From the IMG/VR virus record IMGVR_UViG_3300006930_000026, positions 1 through 25,190 of that record: 25,190 nt of DNA. One strand, given 5' to 3'. The notes under the pieces were generated by a model that did no database searches, was not told where the DNA came from, and saw only the letters and a list, made by a program, of their open reading frames with translations. The position numbers were made by a program, and so were the translations under genes. Of this stretch, positions 1 to 8,575 are shown in pieces (position 1 is the stretch's first letter; every line of letters starts with the position of its first letter). The stretch comes from a virus. Its lineage: Duplodnaviria > Caudoviricetes.

Positions 1-667
1 CCTTTCCAGCTCCTACTGTATCCTTGGCCATGTAAACTGCTGGTCTTACCTTATTTCCACTAACTGAATCTGCTAGTGAACCGAATGTACAATCAAAGAA
101 CTGGGCGCTGTCTCCGTTAAGAACCAATTCTGCTGTAGTATCGCTGTCTAGATCAGTAGAATTATAGAACTCACAGTTGCTATATGAAGAATACTCTCCT
201 CCCTCTCCCACTGCAGCAATAGCCTGTGAAAGAGTGTTACCGGTAGAGAACTTTATATTGCTGAATGAGTTACCTACTCCGGTGTTCTTAAGCATGAATA
301 CGTCAGTAGTAGTAGCAGTCACTCCCATTGTTATTCTTGCTCTCTGGCCGTATTTACGCATTCCTACACCTAAGCCGACGATATGGCTCCTGCTCTTTGA
401 AAAATCTAACATCGAAGTTACTGCATTGCCGGTTGACGTTCCAGCAATCAGTATCATGTCCTGATTGTTAGTAGTGATCTTGCTGTTAGCCTCGGCCAAC
501 GTAGCCAAGGATGATGTACTAGTCAATCCGTCATTGGTGTCGCTACCATTTACGGGATCCACCCAATATACGTTACCGAACGTATAAATTCCGTAATTAG
601 CGATTTCGTTCTGAAGTATTTTGAATCCATATTTTAGACCTGGGATAAGGTCTCTTAAAAATTTCAT
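1..667 (-). CDS. Right-handed beta-helix-like virion protein following the capsid gene (3' truncated by window; absent from ORF track)
   Basis: ATG at 667, open to the window edge: MKFLRDLIPGLKYGFKILQNEIANYGIYTFGNVYWVDPVNGSDTNDG...; YWVDPVNGSDTNDG motif and Asn/Cys ladder segments (SNIKF, SNCEF, FDCTF) resemble pectate-lyase-like beta-helices. Confidence 0.7.
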   Translation of the reverse strand, partial: MKFLRDLIPGLKYGFKILQNEIANYGIYTFGNVYWVDPVNGSDTNDGLTSTSSLATLAEANSKITTNNQDMILIAGTSTGNAVTSMLDFSKSRSHIVGLGVGMRKYGQRARITMGVTATTTDVFMLKNTGVGNSFSNIKFSTGNTLSQAIAAVGEGGEYSSYSNCEFYNSTDLDSDTTAELVLNGDSAQFFDCTFGSLADSVSGNKVRPAVYMAKDTVGAGK

Positions 668-726
668 AACTTTGTATTTTTCCCTCTCCCGTAGTCTTTA
701 AGCTCGGGGTAAAAGGCTTATGTTAA

Positions 727-1773
727 TTATACGTTCGAGATATTGTATAGTCTTGACTGTCTCCTTGGAGCGTCTGTCCAGAACTGTCCAGCAAGGATGA
801 TACGGCCTACGAATGCCATCTGGTTGACTGGTTTTACCCATCCTGTCCAGTGGAATCCCATTCCTTTGATGGTGTTCTTATTGTAGTCGTTACCTTCGAA
901 CTGAGCGTCCTTGTACTGTACTGGTTGTGACTCTGGGAATCTCTCTAGTGCAGTGAAGTGGATGAATCTCTCATTCAAGAACAATAATTGTCCTGCTCCA
1001 GCGCTGTCTAGTGGGACTTTCCTGTCTGGAGTGATAGTGAATCCCTTGTACTCAAGACCTACGAATCCAGCTGTACCTACTAATCCTTTCTTTCTCTGTT
1101 CGATATCGTTAAGGGTGATATAGATCCTGTTCTTAGGTTCGATAAGCTGTTCATACAATGAGTAAGTGTTCCTGTCTGCTAATCCGATTGTAGGAACGAT
1201 AGTTCCATCAGATTGTCCGTTGTATTGAGTTGCCATCTTAGCTAAGGACAATGTACCAGAAGCATCTGTATAAACTGAATCCAATACTGGGTATGTTGTC
1301 CTGGACTGTCCACCGTATGTAGCGGCGTTACTACCGTCATCTATCATGTTTCCTAATCCATCGAAATCAAGTGATCCATTTCCTGTTCCGTCTCCGTATA
1401 GGATATCACCAATAGAGTCTGCCATATCCTGTCCTGAAGAAGTCATTTCTGCTTCTGCTAAGTCTAATATTCTGTCGTCATCAGTCAAGTTGACTGCCAT
1501 TTCTGTGAAAGGCAATGTTACATCGATCTGATAGAACTTAGGATAGAATACTAGATACTGTCTTGTGTTTACTGCTTGACTTGGTAATGCCTGAAATCCT
1601 GTGAAAGATGTGCCATTGGTGTTCTTAGATACCTTGATAGATTTCTTCAGGTATTCTCCCCTCCATTTCTCTGGATTCGTAAGGACAAGACTGGCTATCA
1701 CATTTTCCCTCAAGACATTATCAGTCACCTTTGGTAAAAGGTAATTGTTAGTTGTTGTGCTTAATCTTGACAT
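727..1773 (-). CDS. Major capsid protein (probable HK97 fold)
   Basis: 348 aa; follows portal and scaffold; LYGDGTGNGSLDFDGL and TYGGQSRTTY segments typical of phage coat proteins. Confidence 0.85.
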   Translation of the reverse strand: MSRLSTTTNNYLLPKVTDNVLRENVIASLVLTNPEKWRGEYLKKSIKVSKNTNGTSFTGFQALPSQAVNTRQYLVFYPKFYQIDVTLPFTEMAVNLTDDDRILDLAEAEMTSSGQDMADSIGDILYGDGTGNGSLDFDGLGNMIDDGSNAATYGGQSRTTYPVLDSVYTDASGTLSLAKMATQYNGQSDGTIVPTIGLADRNTYSLYEQLIEPKNRIYITLNDIEQRKKGLVGTAGFVGLEYKGFTITPDRKVPLDSAGAGQLLFLNERFIHFTALERFPESQPVQYKDAQFEGNDYNKNTIKGMGFHWTGWVKPVNQMAFVGRIILAGQFWTDAPRRQSRLYNISNV

Positions 1774-1777
1774 TTAT

Positions 1778-2530
1778 TTAGAAACCTCTCTCTTTCCAGT
1801 CTCCCCTCATTCGAGGATCGAATACAGGAATAGTATCCTTAGATGTAACCTTATTATGTCTTATTGTGACATCGGCTATCTTCTTCTTCTCATCGGATGT
1901 ATTGTCCTGCGGTGCTGGTGAGATTCGGTTCTTAAGATTTATTATTTTTCTGAAATCGTAACCTCCTTCTGGGAGTTTAGGAAGGGCATCTCCGAATTCA
2001 TCTGTGTAATCCAGGATGAATTTCATCAATTCGTTTTCCTCGAACTTGACACCTTCTTCCTTTATCTCATCGAGTTGCCTTCTGATTCCTTCTGCTATCT
2101 CTCTCTCTATCTGTGATTCATTCTCGGCTTCTTTTCGCATGTCTTCCAGTATCTCTTTCTTGATTGTTTCCTTATCAATCTGACTGGCCTGTGCGAACAC
2201 CTTGAATCCTTCGATAGACCTTTCATCGTTCCCGTATAGCTTTATCCACCAATCGGGAACACTTACTTCATCATCCTTGTTAGAATGATATGCCTCCTTC
2301 ATGGATTCTTCTAACTGGGATATCCTATCCCTAGCTTCTTTAAGCTCTTTTTGGTTATGAATCCATCTAGGGTGCTTATGGAAGGGAACTTCTTTGACTT
2401 CCTCTTTCTTTTCTGCCTCTGGTTTGGTATCAGGTTGCGACTCTGGTGGAGTTTGCTCTCCACTGTCATTTAAGGAATCCACTGGGGTTTCCTCTTTGAT
2501 GACATCCGCAAAAATGTTTTCTTCTGGCAT
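1778..2530 (-). CDS. Capsid scaffolding protein
   Basis: Acidic disordered N-terminus, VPFHKHPRW motif followed by coiled coil, directly upstream of capsid gene. Confidence 0.75.
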   Translation of the reverse strand: MPEENIFADVIKEETPVDSLNDSGEQTPPESQPDTKPEAEKKEEVKEVPFHKHPRWIHNQKELKEARDRISQLEESMKEAYHSNKDDEVSVPDWWIKLYGNDERSIEGFKVFAQASQIDKETIKKEILEDMRKEAENESQIEREIAEGIRRQLDEIKEEGVKFEENELMKFILDYTDEFGDALPKLPEGGYDFRKIINLKNRISPAPQDNTSDEKKKIADVTIRHNKVTSKDTIPVFDPRMRGDWKERGF

Positions 2531-2577
2531 AATTTAATCAGCTTTGATTATAGGCTCAAGATGTTAAGCCTTTTTAA

Positions 2578-2910
2578 TTAATAATTTACTGGTTTCCAAT
2601 CTTTACCATGGTCTTTCTTTTCTTCTTTTACAGGTTCGCTCTTCTCGTGCTTATCCATTGCCTTGAGAGCACCTGTGAGGTCACTAACAAACTCTGTAAA
2701 CGTCTTTAGTACTCCGTTCTCATACATATCCATTGACTCATTGAATATTCTCCTGGCCATACTACAGTGTTCTTTTAGTTCATCGTTATTCTGTCTGGCT
2801 AGAGAGTTCAATACTTTGTTGTCCGATTTTTTGGCCATCTTCTCTATTTCTTTTTTCATGGCCTTTTCTCTTTTTTCGTAATCTGACATGGTTTCTAATT
2901 CTTCAGACAT
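2578..2910 (-). CDS. Hypothetical charged helical protein in head module
   Basis: 110 aa ORF tightly packed in the operon. Confidence 0.7.
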   Translation of the reverse strand: MSEELETMSDYEKREKAMKKEIEKMAKKSDNKVLNSLARQNNDELKEHCSMARRIFNESMDMYENGVLKTFTEFVSDLTGALKAMDKHEKSEPVKEEKKDHGKDWKPVNY

Positions 2911-2911
2911 G

Positions 2912-3091
2912 TTATTTTTTTATCATTTTTCTTATATGCTTCATCTCCCTTTCGTGTTTCTTTTCTGCCGACCTACCTTTGGATGTTTCCTTACTTCCTT
3001 TCATATAACCTTTAGCATTCATTATCTTATAAGGAATATCTGACTTTGCTCCGTATTCCTTTTTCAGTTTTTCTTCTAAGAATTTAGGCAT
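2912..3091 (-). CDS. Small basic protein, 59 aa (below ORF-track cutoff)
   Basis: MPKFLEEKLKKEYGAKSDIPYKIMNAKGYMKGSKETSKGRSAEKKHEREMKHIRKMIKK; exactly fills the gap between portal stop and next start. Confidence 0.75.
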   Translation of the reverse strand: MPKFLEEKLKKEYGAKSDIPYKIMNAKGYMKGSKETSKGRSAEKKHEREMKHIRKMIKK

Positions 3092-3095
3092 ATGT

Positions 3096-4898
3096 TTATA
3101 TTGGATTCATTGGAACTGACTTTATAATGTCGCTCTCTTGCTGTTTTTCTGGCTGTGGCAATGGTTGGCCTGTTTCATTTCCTACTGCTCCCATTTCCAT
3201 TCCTGGCATTATTGTCGGCTGTATTCCTAAGTATTCTGCCATGTATCTCTGTGGGTCATTTTGGAATATCATCAGTTTCATAGCTCTTTCCTTAGGATTA
3301 GGGTCTTTCAATTTCTCATAAAGGCTCAATGGGTCGATTGCTTTTTTCTCCCATAATGCCATTGATTCATTGTAAGCTGATAGTTCGTCCTGTGGTATCA
3401 TTGATCCGTTCTGGACTGTTATCAATATCTTATCTTCTGTTATTTCATCTCTGGATAAGGTTATCATTTCAGTCGCATTGGCTTCTCCTATGTTCGCTAT
3501 CAAGTGAGGTGAATCGTAGTACACATATATCATCTGGAGCATGTGGTTGAATATCCTAGCGGCCGCTATCTCTAGGTATTCTGATACTCCTCCTCCTATC
3601 CTGCTTGAGTCCTGATTGCCTTCGATTATCTTTCCTCTGACTGTACTCTCTTTTCCTTCTTGGGCTGTTGATCCTGCTGCTCCGAATCGTGAGAATAATC
3701 TGTCTCGGCCATCATTCAATGTTGCAAATAATGAACTTGGCAATTGAGGTACATCCGGGAACATTATAGCGTCTCCGATTGCCATTCCTTCAGGGACTAC
3801 TACTGTCCTTCCCTCTCGTCTGGCTTGGGCTACCTGAGCGGCCTGTTCCTTGTTGAATGCCTGTTCACTGACTACACATCCTCCGTTTATTCCGTCAGCA
3901 TTCTTGTCTATCTGTTTCAATCGCTTGTTGATGTTGTCCTGATTGACTATTGATTGGGATATTAGGGAAGTGTCATCGGCTGGGTCTTCTCCTAAATCAA
4001 AGGTAGTCAGGAATACAAATGGCATCTTTGGTGAGGCGAAGTGATTCTTTCCTGGAATCATCTCCTGTATCTGTTCTCCGAATTCGTCCATCTTGAATGT
4101 CTCTTTGTCATAGTTCCAGTGAGGATTCTTGTATTTTCCTAGAATGATATCGTTTACCTTATAGAATATGTATTCATTGGTCCACCATTGAGTGTAGTTT
4201 ACTTTGCTTCCCATCTTTCCATCCACTAGATCTCTTATTTCTTTTTCTTTATTTGGGAATTTAAGGACTAGAGTAGAAGCTATATCATTCTGTAATACCC
4301 CTAAGAATTCTCCTTGATACTCTCCTTCTTCAATGCATGAATTTGGATCCATTATCAATTTTTTAGGATGGAGAGCTTTGACTACTATCTCGTTGTCTAT
4401 ACCGTCATATCCTAGTTGCCAGCAACCAACGAATCTCATTGTCCAGTGTCTCACTCCTTTTTTCAGTTTTGTCTTCAGGAAGTTGTAGTTTGACAAATAT
4501 GTAAGTGCTTTGTATATGCTTTTAGCCTGTTCTGTATCTTTGCATAATACTATCGGATCTGGGTTCTGCTGAGTAGCAAGCGGTATCATCGTTTCCACTG
4601 CTTCGAATATTATGTTGTCAGTGAGAGGTCTCTTGCTGTTATCGTATTCAGTATCAGGATATTGTCTTCCACGCCAGTATTTCTCGTTAGTACCACCTTC
4701 TTCGTGGATCCTTTTCTTTACATCTGAATTCCCATATACATGCTCCCATCTGCTTGCTAGTTGTAGTAAGTCTTCATCGCTTTTTTCAAGAGTAAGTTCG
4801 CTATAGCTTTCCACTACGCCTTCTTGATCATTAACCTTATTAGGTTTTGCCTTATTGGTTCCACCGAATAAGCTGAAAAATGAATCTGTAATTTTCAT
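3096..4898 (-). CDS. Portal protein (P22-like size and position)
   Basis: About 600 aa between terL and scaffold/capsid; NIIFEAVETMIP and QDNINKR segments; ATG at 4898 preferred over the track start at 4916, which lies inside a hairpin. Confidence 0.85.
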   Translation of the reverse strand: MKITDSFFSLFGGTNKAKPNKVNDQEGVVESYSELTLEKSDEDLLQLASRWEHVYGNSDVKKRIHEEGGTNEKYWRGRQYPDTEYDNSKRPLTDNIIFEAVETMIPLATQQNPDPIVLCKDTEQAKSIYKALTYLSNYNFLKTKLKKGVRHWTMRFVGCWQLGYDGIDNEIVVKALHPKKLIMDPNSCIEEGEYQGEFLGVLQNDIASTLVLKFPNKEKEIRDLVDGKMGSKVNYTQWWTNEYIFYKVNDIILGKYKNPHWNYDKETFKMDEFGEQIQEMIPGKNHFASPKMPFVFLTTFDLGEDPADDTSLISQSIVNQDNINKRLKQIDKNADGINGGCVVSEQAFNKEQAAQVAQARREGRTVVVPEGMAIGDAIMFPDVPQLPSSLFATLNDGRDRLFSRFGAAGSTAQEGKESTVRGKIIEGNQDSSRIGGGVSEYLEIAAARIFNHMLQMIYVYYDSPHLIANIGEANATEMITLSRDEITEDKILITVQNGSMIPQDELSAYNESMALWEKKAIDPLSLYEKLKDPNPKERAMKLMIFQNDPQRYMAEYLGIQPTIMPGMEMGAVGNETGQPLPQPEKQQESDIIKSVPMNPI

Positions 4899-4906
4899 AT
4901 AAAGAT

Positions 4907-4930
4907 AGGACATCACAGTCGTGATGCCCT
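4907..4930 (-). promoter_or_regulatory. RNA hairpin in portal 5' leader
   Basis: AGGGCATCAC-GACT-GTGATGTCCT, 10 bp with one G-U on the minus strand, ending 8 nt before the portal ATG. Confidence 0.6.
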
Positions 4931-4962
4931 TTTTCGTAAGTGGCTTTTATAATCTTTACTAT

Positions 4963-4990
4963 ATTATAGCTCCTAGGATATTTTTGTCAA
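4963..4990 (-). promoter_or_regulatory. Consensus sigma70 promoter for portal/head operon
   Basis: TTGACA (4990-4985), 16 nt spacer, TATAAT (4968-4963). Confidence 0.75.
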
Positions 4991-5212
4991 TCCTTTTTTC
5001 TCGATATCTTTCTCGTATAAGAACTCTTTTTTCTCTATGCTCTGGATGTCTCCATTGTCCTTGAAATTGATAGTCGCATTACCTCTATGGATATCGAAAA
5101 TGCCAGCTATTATCATGAACTTGAACTGTTTCCTATACTTCATTACTATGGTAAGCAGCTCAGCATCTTCCCTATTCAGTTCTATTTTAGTTGTATCTCC
5201 AATCTGACTCAT
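4973..5212 (-). CDS. Small hypothetical protein between terL and portal
   Basis: 79 aa overlapping terL end; GIFDIHRGNATINFKDNGDIQSIE beta-rich motif, loosely YezD/DUF2292-like. Confidence 0.65.
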   Translation of the reverse strand: MSQIGDTTKIELNREDAELLTIVMKYRKQFKFMIIAGIFDIHRGNATINFKDNGDIQSIEKKEFLYEKDIEKKGLTKIS

Positions 5213-6803
5213 ATTGTTTGTCTGGCATTATTAGTTCCATATTACCTTTTATATCTCTCCTCGGGGCTACTGGGATATCTATGTCCTTGTCATCTTTGGT
5301 TATATATCCCCCTCCTCCGCTGAACTTTGTCATTCCTACTCTCCAGAATACGGTGGCAAGAGCTTTGTGGTCTCGACCGTTCCTTACCCACTTCCTACGC
5401 TTGATCTGATTGGTTACCGGGTCTACTATATCCTTCCTAGTCAGGTTGTTCCAGTCTAGCCAGTATTCATACCAGTCGTTCTCTGTCCCGGATAATGGTA
5501 TGACTCCTTTGATGTACTCATCTACGCAGAGCTGGATGTATTTGTTTCTGTCCACTCTCACTTCAAACTTCTTGTTCCAAGTCGGGTCATCGTTGTTGTC
5601 TTCAGTCAAATAACATAGATAGACTCTTCCTTTCCATCGCTGGTGGAACTCTCTAGTCCCTATTAGGTCTCCTCCGGCATCGACTACTGCTATACACTTT
5701 GGATATCTCTGCATTATGATGTCCATTTCGTCCCATTTTTGCCCTTCTCCAGCGTAGTAAAGTCCATTAGTGTTGCCAAATACATAATCGAGGTTAAGTC
5801 CCGTATCTATGCCCAAAATAAGTCTGTCAGACTGTTTTAGTGCTGGTACTTTATCGCTACAATTATCAAGACACGCTTCCTTGCCTAATTTGTTGTTCTT
5901 TCCTACATAAGGCAATCCTAGTACCTTGTTGTAGAAGAAGTCCTCTGTGGTCTCTGTGTCATTGAACTTGTCTATGATCTCTTCTGCACTGACCCAAGGG
6001 GCCATTAGCAAGCTGATATGATATCCGGAGTATTTTGGGACTATTCTGTTACCGTCTTTGTCTCTAATAACTTTGGCTTTCCATTCCCCTATGGCCCTGT
6101 CCTTGTCTTTCAATTCTCCTCGGCACTTTTTGCAGACATAGATCTTCTTGTCTAGGTCTATGCTCATGTCCTTGGTCTTCTTCAAGCTCCAGGAGAGGTA
6201 TTGCTCGTGTCCACAATGATGACATTTGATGAACCATTCCTTCTGGTCCGATTGTCTCCATTCTACATCTACTCCGTAATTGTCGCTTGATGGATGGGAG
6301 AATGTATGCCTTTGCTTGAACTTACTGTGTTGCAACCTTGCTTGGTACTCTGCTACTACGTCCTGCTTCGAGCTGTCCTTTTCATCGTTGACCAGTCTGT
6401 CGGCTGTGACCATGATAGCTGCTTTCTTCGTAAAGGTTCCCCTGAAGTATATCATCGAGTTCCCTATCTGCTTCTGCTCGATACTGTCCTTGTCTTTCAC
6501 ATAATCGAGCAGGATTGGGTTCTGGGCTATGATACGGTTCACCTTACCTCCTACGAATACATTGACATCGCTGTCTGTCGGTAACGTGTATATGATATCC
6601 ATCTTATTATTCTTTGCGTCATAGAAGTTCTTTAGTATCTCTAGTGTTGATAATCCTGCTTGGGCTGGTTTAATTACTACAAGGTTTTGTGATTGATCGC
6701 AGTATATATCGAATAAGAATAAATGCTTAGTAAATTCTATCAGGTCTCCTTTCTCGTTTTTTATCTCATTAGAGAGTATCCAGTCTATTATTGATATTTC
6801 CAT
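5187..6803 (-). CDS. terL: Terminase large subunit (lambda gpA-like)
   Basis: Walker A-like IKPAQAGLST, Walker B LVNDE, CHHC/CKKC zinc motifs, nuclease GIDTG and C-terminal RDH. Confidence 0.92.
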   Translation of the reverse strand: MEISIIDWILSNEIKNEKGDLIEFTKHLFLFDIYCDQSQNLVVIKPAQAGLSTLEILKNFYDAKNNKMDIIYTLPTDSDVNVFVGGKVNRIIAQNPILLDYVKDKDSIEQKQIGNSMIYFRGTFTKKAAIMVTADRLVNDEKDSSKQDVVAEYQARLQHSKFKQRHTFSHPSSDNYGVDVEWRQSDQKEWFIKCHHCGHEQYLSWSLKKTKDMSIDLDKKIYVCKKCRGELKDKDRAIGEWKAKVIRDKDGNRIVPKYSGYHISLLMAPWVSAEEIIDKFNDTETTEDFFYNKVLGLPYVGKNNKLGKEACLDNCSDKVPALKQSDRLILGIDTGLNLDYVFGNTNGLYYAGEGQKWDEMDIIMQRYPKCIAVVDAGGDLIGTREFHQRWKGRVYLCYLTEDNNDDPTWNKKFEVRVDRNKYIQLCVDEYIKGVIPLSGTENDWYEYWLDWNNLTRKDIVDPVTNQIKRRKWVRNGRDHKALATVFWRVGMTKFSGGGGYITKDDKDIDIPVAPRRDIKGNMELIMPDKQYESDWRYN

Positions 6804-6815
6804 TAGATTTTAGTT

Positions 6816-7019
6816 TTAACATATTGGTCCATTAGGATTATATGGTGGACTGTATTGTTTATCATTTCTATCAGGTGATATATATAATTCTGTTTTTGAT
6901 ACAATCTTATAATCAAGATATTCAGCTCCTTTTAATAAATCTAATATTTCTGGTACTGTTGCACTATAAATTACAATTGTTTTTGATTCTGTGTTTATTT
7001 TGTAAGACATATCATTCAT
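6816..7019 (-). CDS. Hypothetical protein
   Basis: 67 aa AT-rich ORF between terS and terL. Confidence 0.6.
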   Translation of the reverse strand: MNDMSYKINTESKTIVIYSATVPEILDLLKGAEYLDYKIVSKTELYISPDRNDKQYSPPYNPNGPIC

Positions 7020-7467
7020 TTTTATTATTTATTCCTAACCATAAATTGGCAACTGCTTCCTCGGGTTCATCTCCACTACACTGAATAAATCCATCTTCAT
7101 CACTATCCCAAATAACTTTATGTCCGGCAGCAAACCAACCCTTTCCTTTCTCTCTATCAAATTGAGTTAATGCTCCAAACCTATCTCCAAATTCCTTAAT
7201 GAGTTCTTCTAGTGTTGGAATATAAACGATTAAATTTTTATGTTCTTGAACATATTCCCATGTAAAGTATTCTAACCTCATTGTTCTATCATTTTCTTCT
7301 TGATATGGGTATCCGTCGCTTCCATCTCCATTTTCTCTGAGTAAATGATATCCTCCATTATGGAAAAACTCTCTTTTACTTTCTACTTCTATAAGATCAT
7401 CTCTTTGTGAAAACCCTGCATCTTTTAGTTTTTTAGCTAGTTCGTAGTCCATATTATTCATTTTCAA
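7012..7467 (-). CDS. Conserved phage hypothetical protein (YELAKKLKDAGF...PTLEELI...PEEAVANLW type)
   Basis: Motif pattern recalled from uncharacterised phage proteins; likely start at MDYELAKK. Confidence 0.7.
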   Translation of the reverse strand: MKMNNMDYELAKKLKDAGFSQRDDLIEVESKREFFHNGGYHLLRENGDGSDGYPYQEENDRTMRLEYFTWEYVQEHKNLIVYIPTLEELIKEFGDRFGALTQFDREKGKGWFAAGHKVIWDSDEDGFIQCSGDEPEEAVANLWLGINNKNE

Positions 7468-7969
7468 TTTGTTTTATTATCTGCTTCTTCACTTCTTCAT
7501 CGTACATCTTCCTTATCTTCTCTAGCTGAGGATTGTCTTGCTTGATGTTCATATTGAGATTGATTGACTTTTCTGGGGCGTATTTGCCTTTCAGTTTATA
7601 AGCCATATCGAGAGCTGACTTGACTGCGTTAGTATCTACTCTTCCAGTATAAATGGCTTCTATCTTTCCAGTAGTGACATTATTCTTCAATATAACTTCT
7701 TCTTTGTTCAGAAGTTCAAGATGTTTCTGTGCTAATAATTCATCAGGGAGATAGTTTCCTAATATCTCTTGGTATGCTTTGCTCTCTGTCAGCTTCTTAG
7801 GATTGATAGCAGTTTTCTTGCTATATCCAGCCTCTCTCATCGCCTTAGAAACGTTTCCACCGTTTTCAACCAGTTTTATTATGGCTATCCTTTGCCTTAA
7901 TGATCCTCTCTTCTTTTTCTTCTCTTCTTTGAGAGCTGCCTTAGGTTTTGTTTTTCTTTCGGTTTTCAT
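7454..7969 (-). CDS. terS: Terminase small subunit
   Basis: N-terminal HTH NGGNVSKAMREAGYSKKTA, ALDMAYKLKG oligomerisation helix, upstream of terL. Confidence 0.8.
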   Translation of the reverse strand: MKTERKTKPKAALKEEKKKKRGSLRQRIAIIKLVENGGNVSKAMREAGYSKKTAINPKKLTESKAYQEILGNYLPDELLAQKHLELLNKEEVILKNNVTTGKIEAIYTGRVDTNAVKSALDMAYKLKGKYAPEKSINLNMNIKQDNPQLEKIRKMYDEEVKKQIIKQIENE

Positions 7970-7989
7970 TCTTATTCTTCTTTATTTAA

Positions 7990-8038
7990 TTAACTCATGC
8001 CGACTATCAGCGGGACCTGATAACCGGCGATGAACTAA
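7990..8038 (-). promoter_or_regulatory. Long intergenic RNA stem-loop (processing or regulatory site)
   Basis: TTAGTTCAT-C-GCCGGTTATCAG-GTCCCG-CTGATAGTCGGC-ATGAGTTAA; about 21 bp, four G-U pairs that work only on the minus strand, no U-tract. Confidence 0.7.
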
Positions 8039-8253
8039 CTACCTGATGAATATGCTACTTGAAGCCAATCATCTGCTAAGATGTCCTCCTGCAGTGGAGT
8101 CCATTCTTTCAGTTTGCCATCTGTATCAAGTAACATGATGACACTTTCTGCTTCTGGCGGGATCTTAATGGTAAGGTATTTCTCTCCTTTCCATACTTGT
8201 CTCCACACTTGCTTGTTTGTTTTTATTAATTCGAGTGCTTGGCTAAATGTCAT
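8035..8253 (-). CDS. tad2: DUF2829 / Tad2-like protein (candidate cyclic-nucleotide sponge)
   Basis: MTFSQALELIK-x3-VWRQVWKG start and WTPLQEDILADDW end match the DUF2829/Tad2 pattern. Confidence 0.75.
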   Translation of the reverse strand: MTFSQALELIKTNKQVWRQVWKGEKYLTIKIPPEAESVIMLLDTDGKLKEWTPLQEDILADDWLQVAYSSGS

Positions 8254-8265
8254 AGTGTTTTTTTA

Positions 8266-8553
8266 TTAATCTTTCCAAGTTAATGCTTTTACTGCCCACA
8301 TCTGAGCTGTTTGCATTTCGGTAATTGCCACTGAAGCAAGTCTCATTTGTTCTGGTGATTGGGTGTTCTTTCTTAGCATATCCATCTGATCTATTGCTCC
8401 TGCAAAAATTTCTTTGCAAACTTTAACTCCTTCATCTTGTGATGGATTAAAAGTTAACCCTACTGCCTTTTCTCCAAAAGAGAATTCTCTAAATCCTCCT
8501 GGAGATGGTTGACATGCTTCATATGGATCTATTGTTTTGTCTTCTTCTGCCAT
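8266..8553 (-). CDS. Acb2/Tad1-like helical hairpin protein (candidate cyclic-nucleotide sponge)
   Basis: 95 aa from MAEEDK; VGLTFNPS...K...IDQM helix and RLASVAITEMQTAQMWAVKALT resemble the Acb2 C-terminal helix pattern. Confidence 0.7.
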   Translation of the reverse strand: MAEEDKTIDPYEACQPSPGGFREFSFGEKAVGLTFNPSQDEGVKVCKEIFAGAIDQMDMLRKNTQSPEQMRLASVAITEMQTAQMWAVKALTWKD

Positions 8554-8575
8554 TGTTTTTTTATTTTTAATTTTA

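Noticed and set aside
6064-6261. Alternative-frame ORF inside terL (likewise 12945-13148 inside the NinB-like gene)
   Set aside because: Fully nested in conserved genes with no independent support
7990-8038. tRNA or intrinsic terminator
   Set aside because: Single stem with no cloverleaf or T-loop, and no U-tract on the transcribed strand
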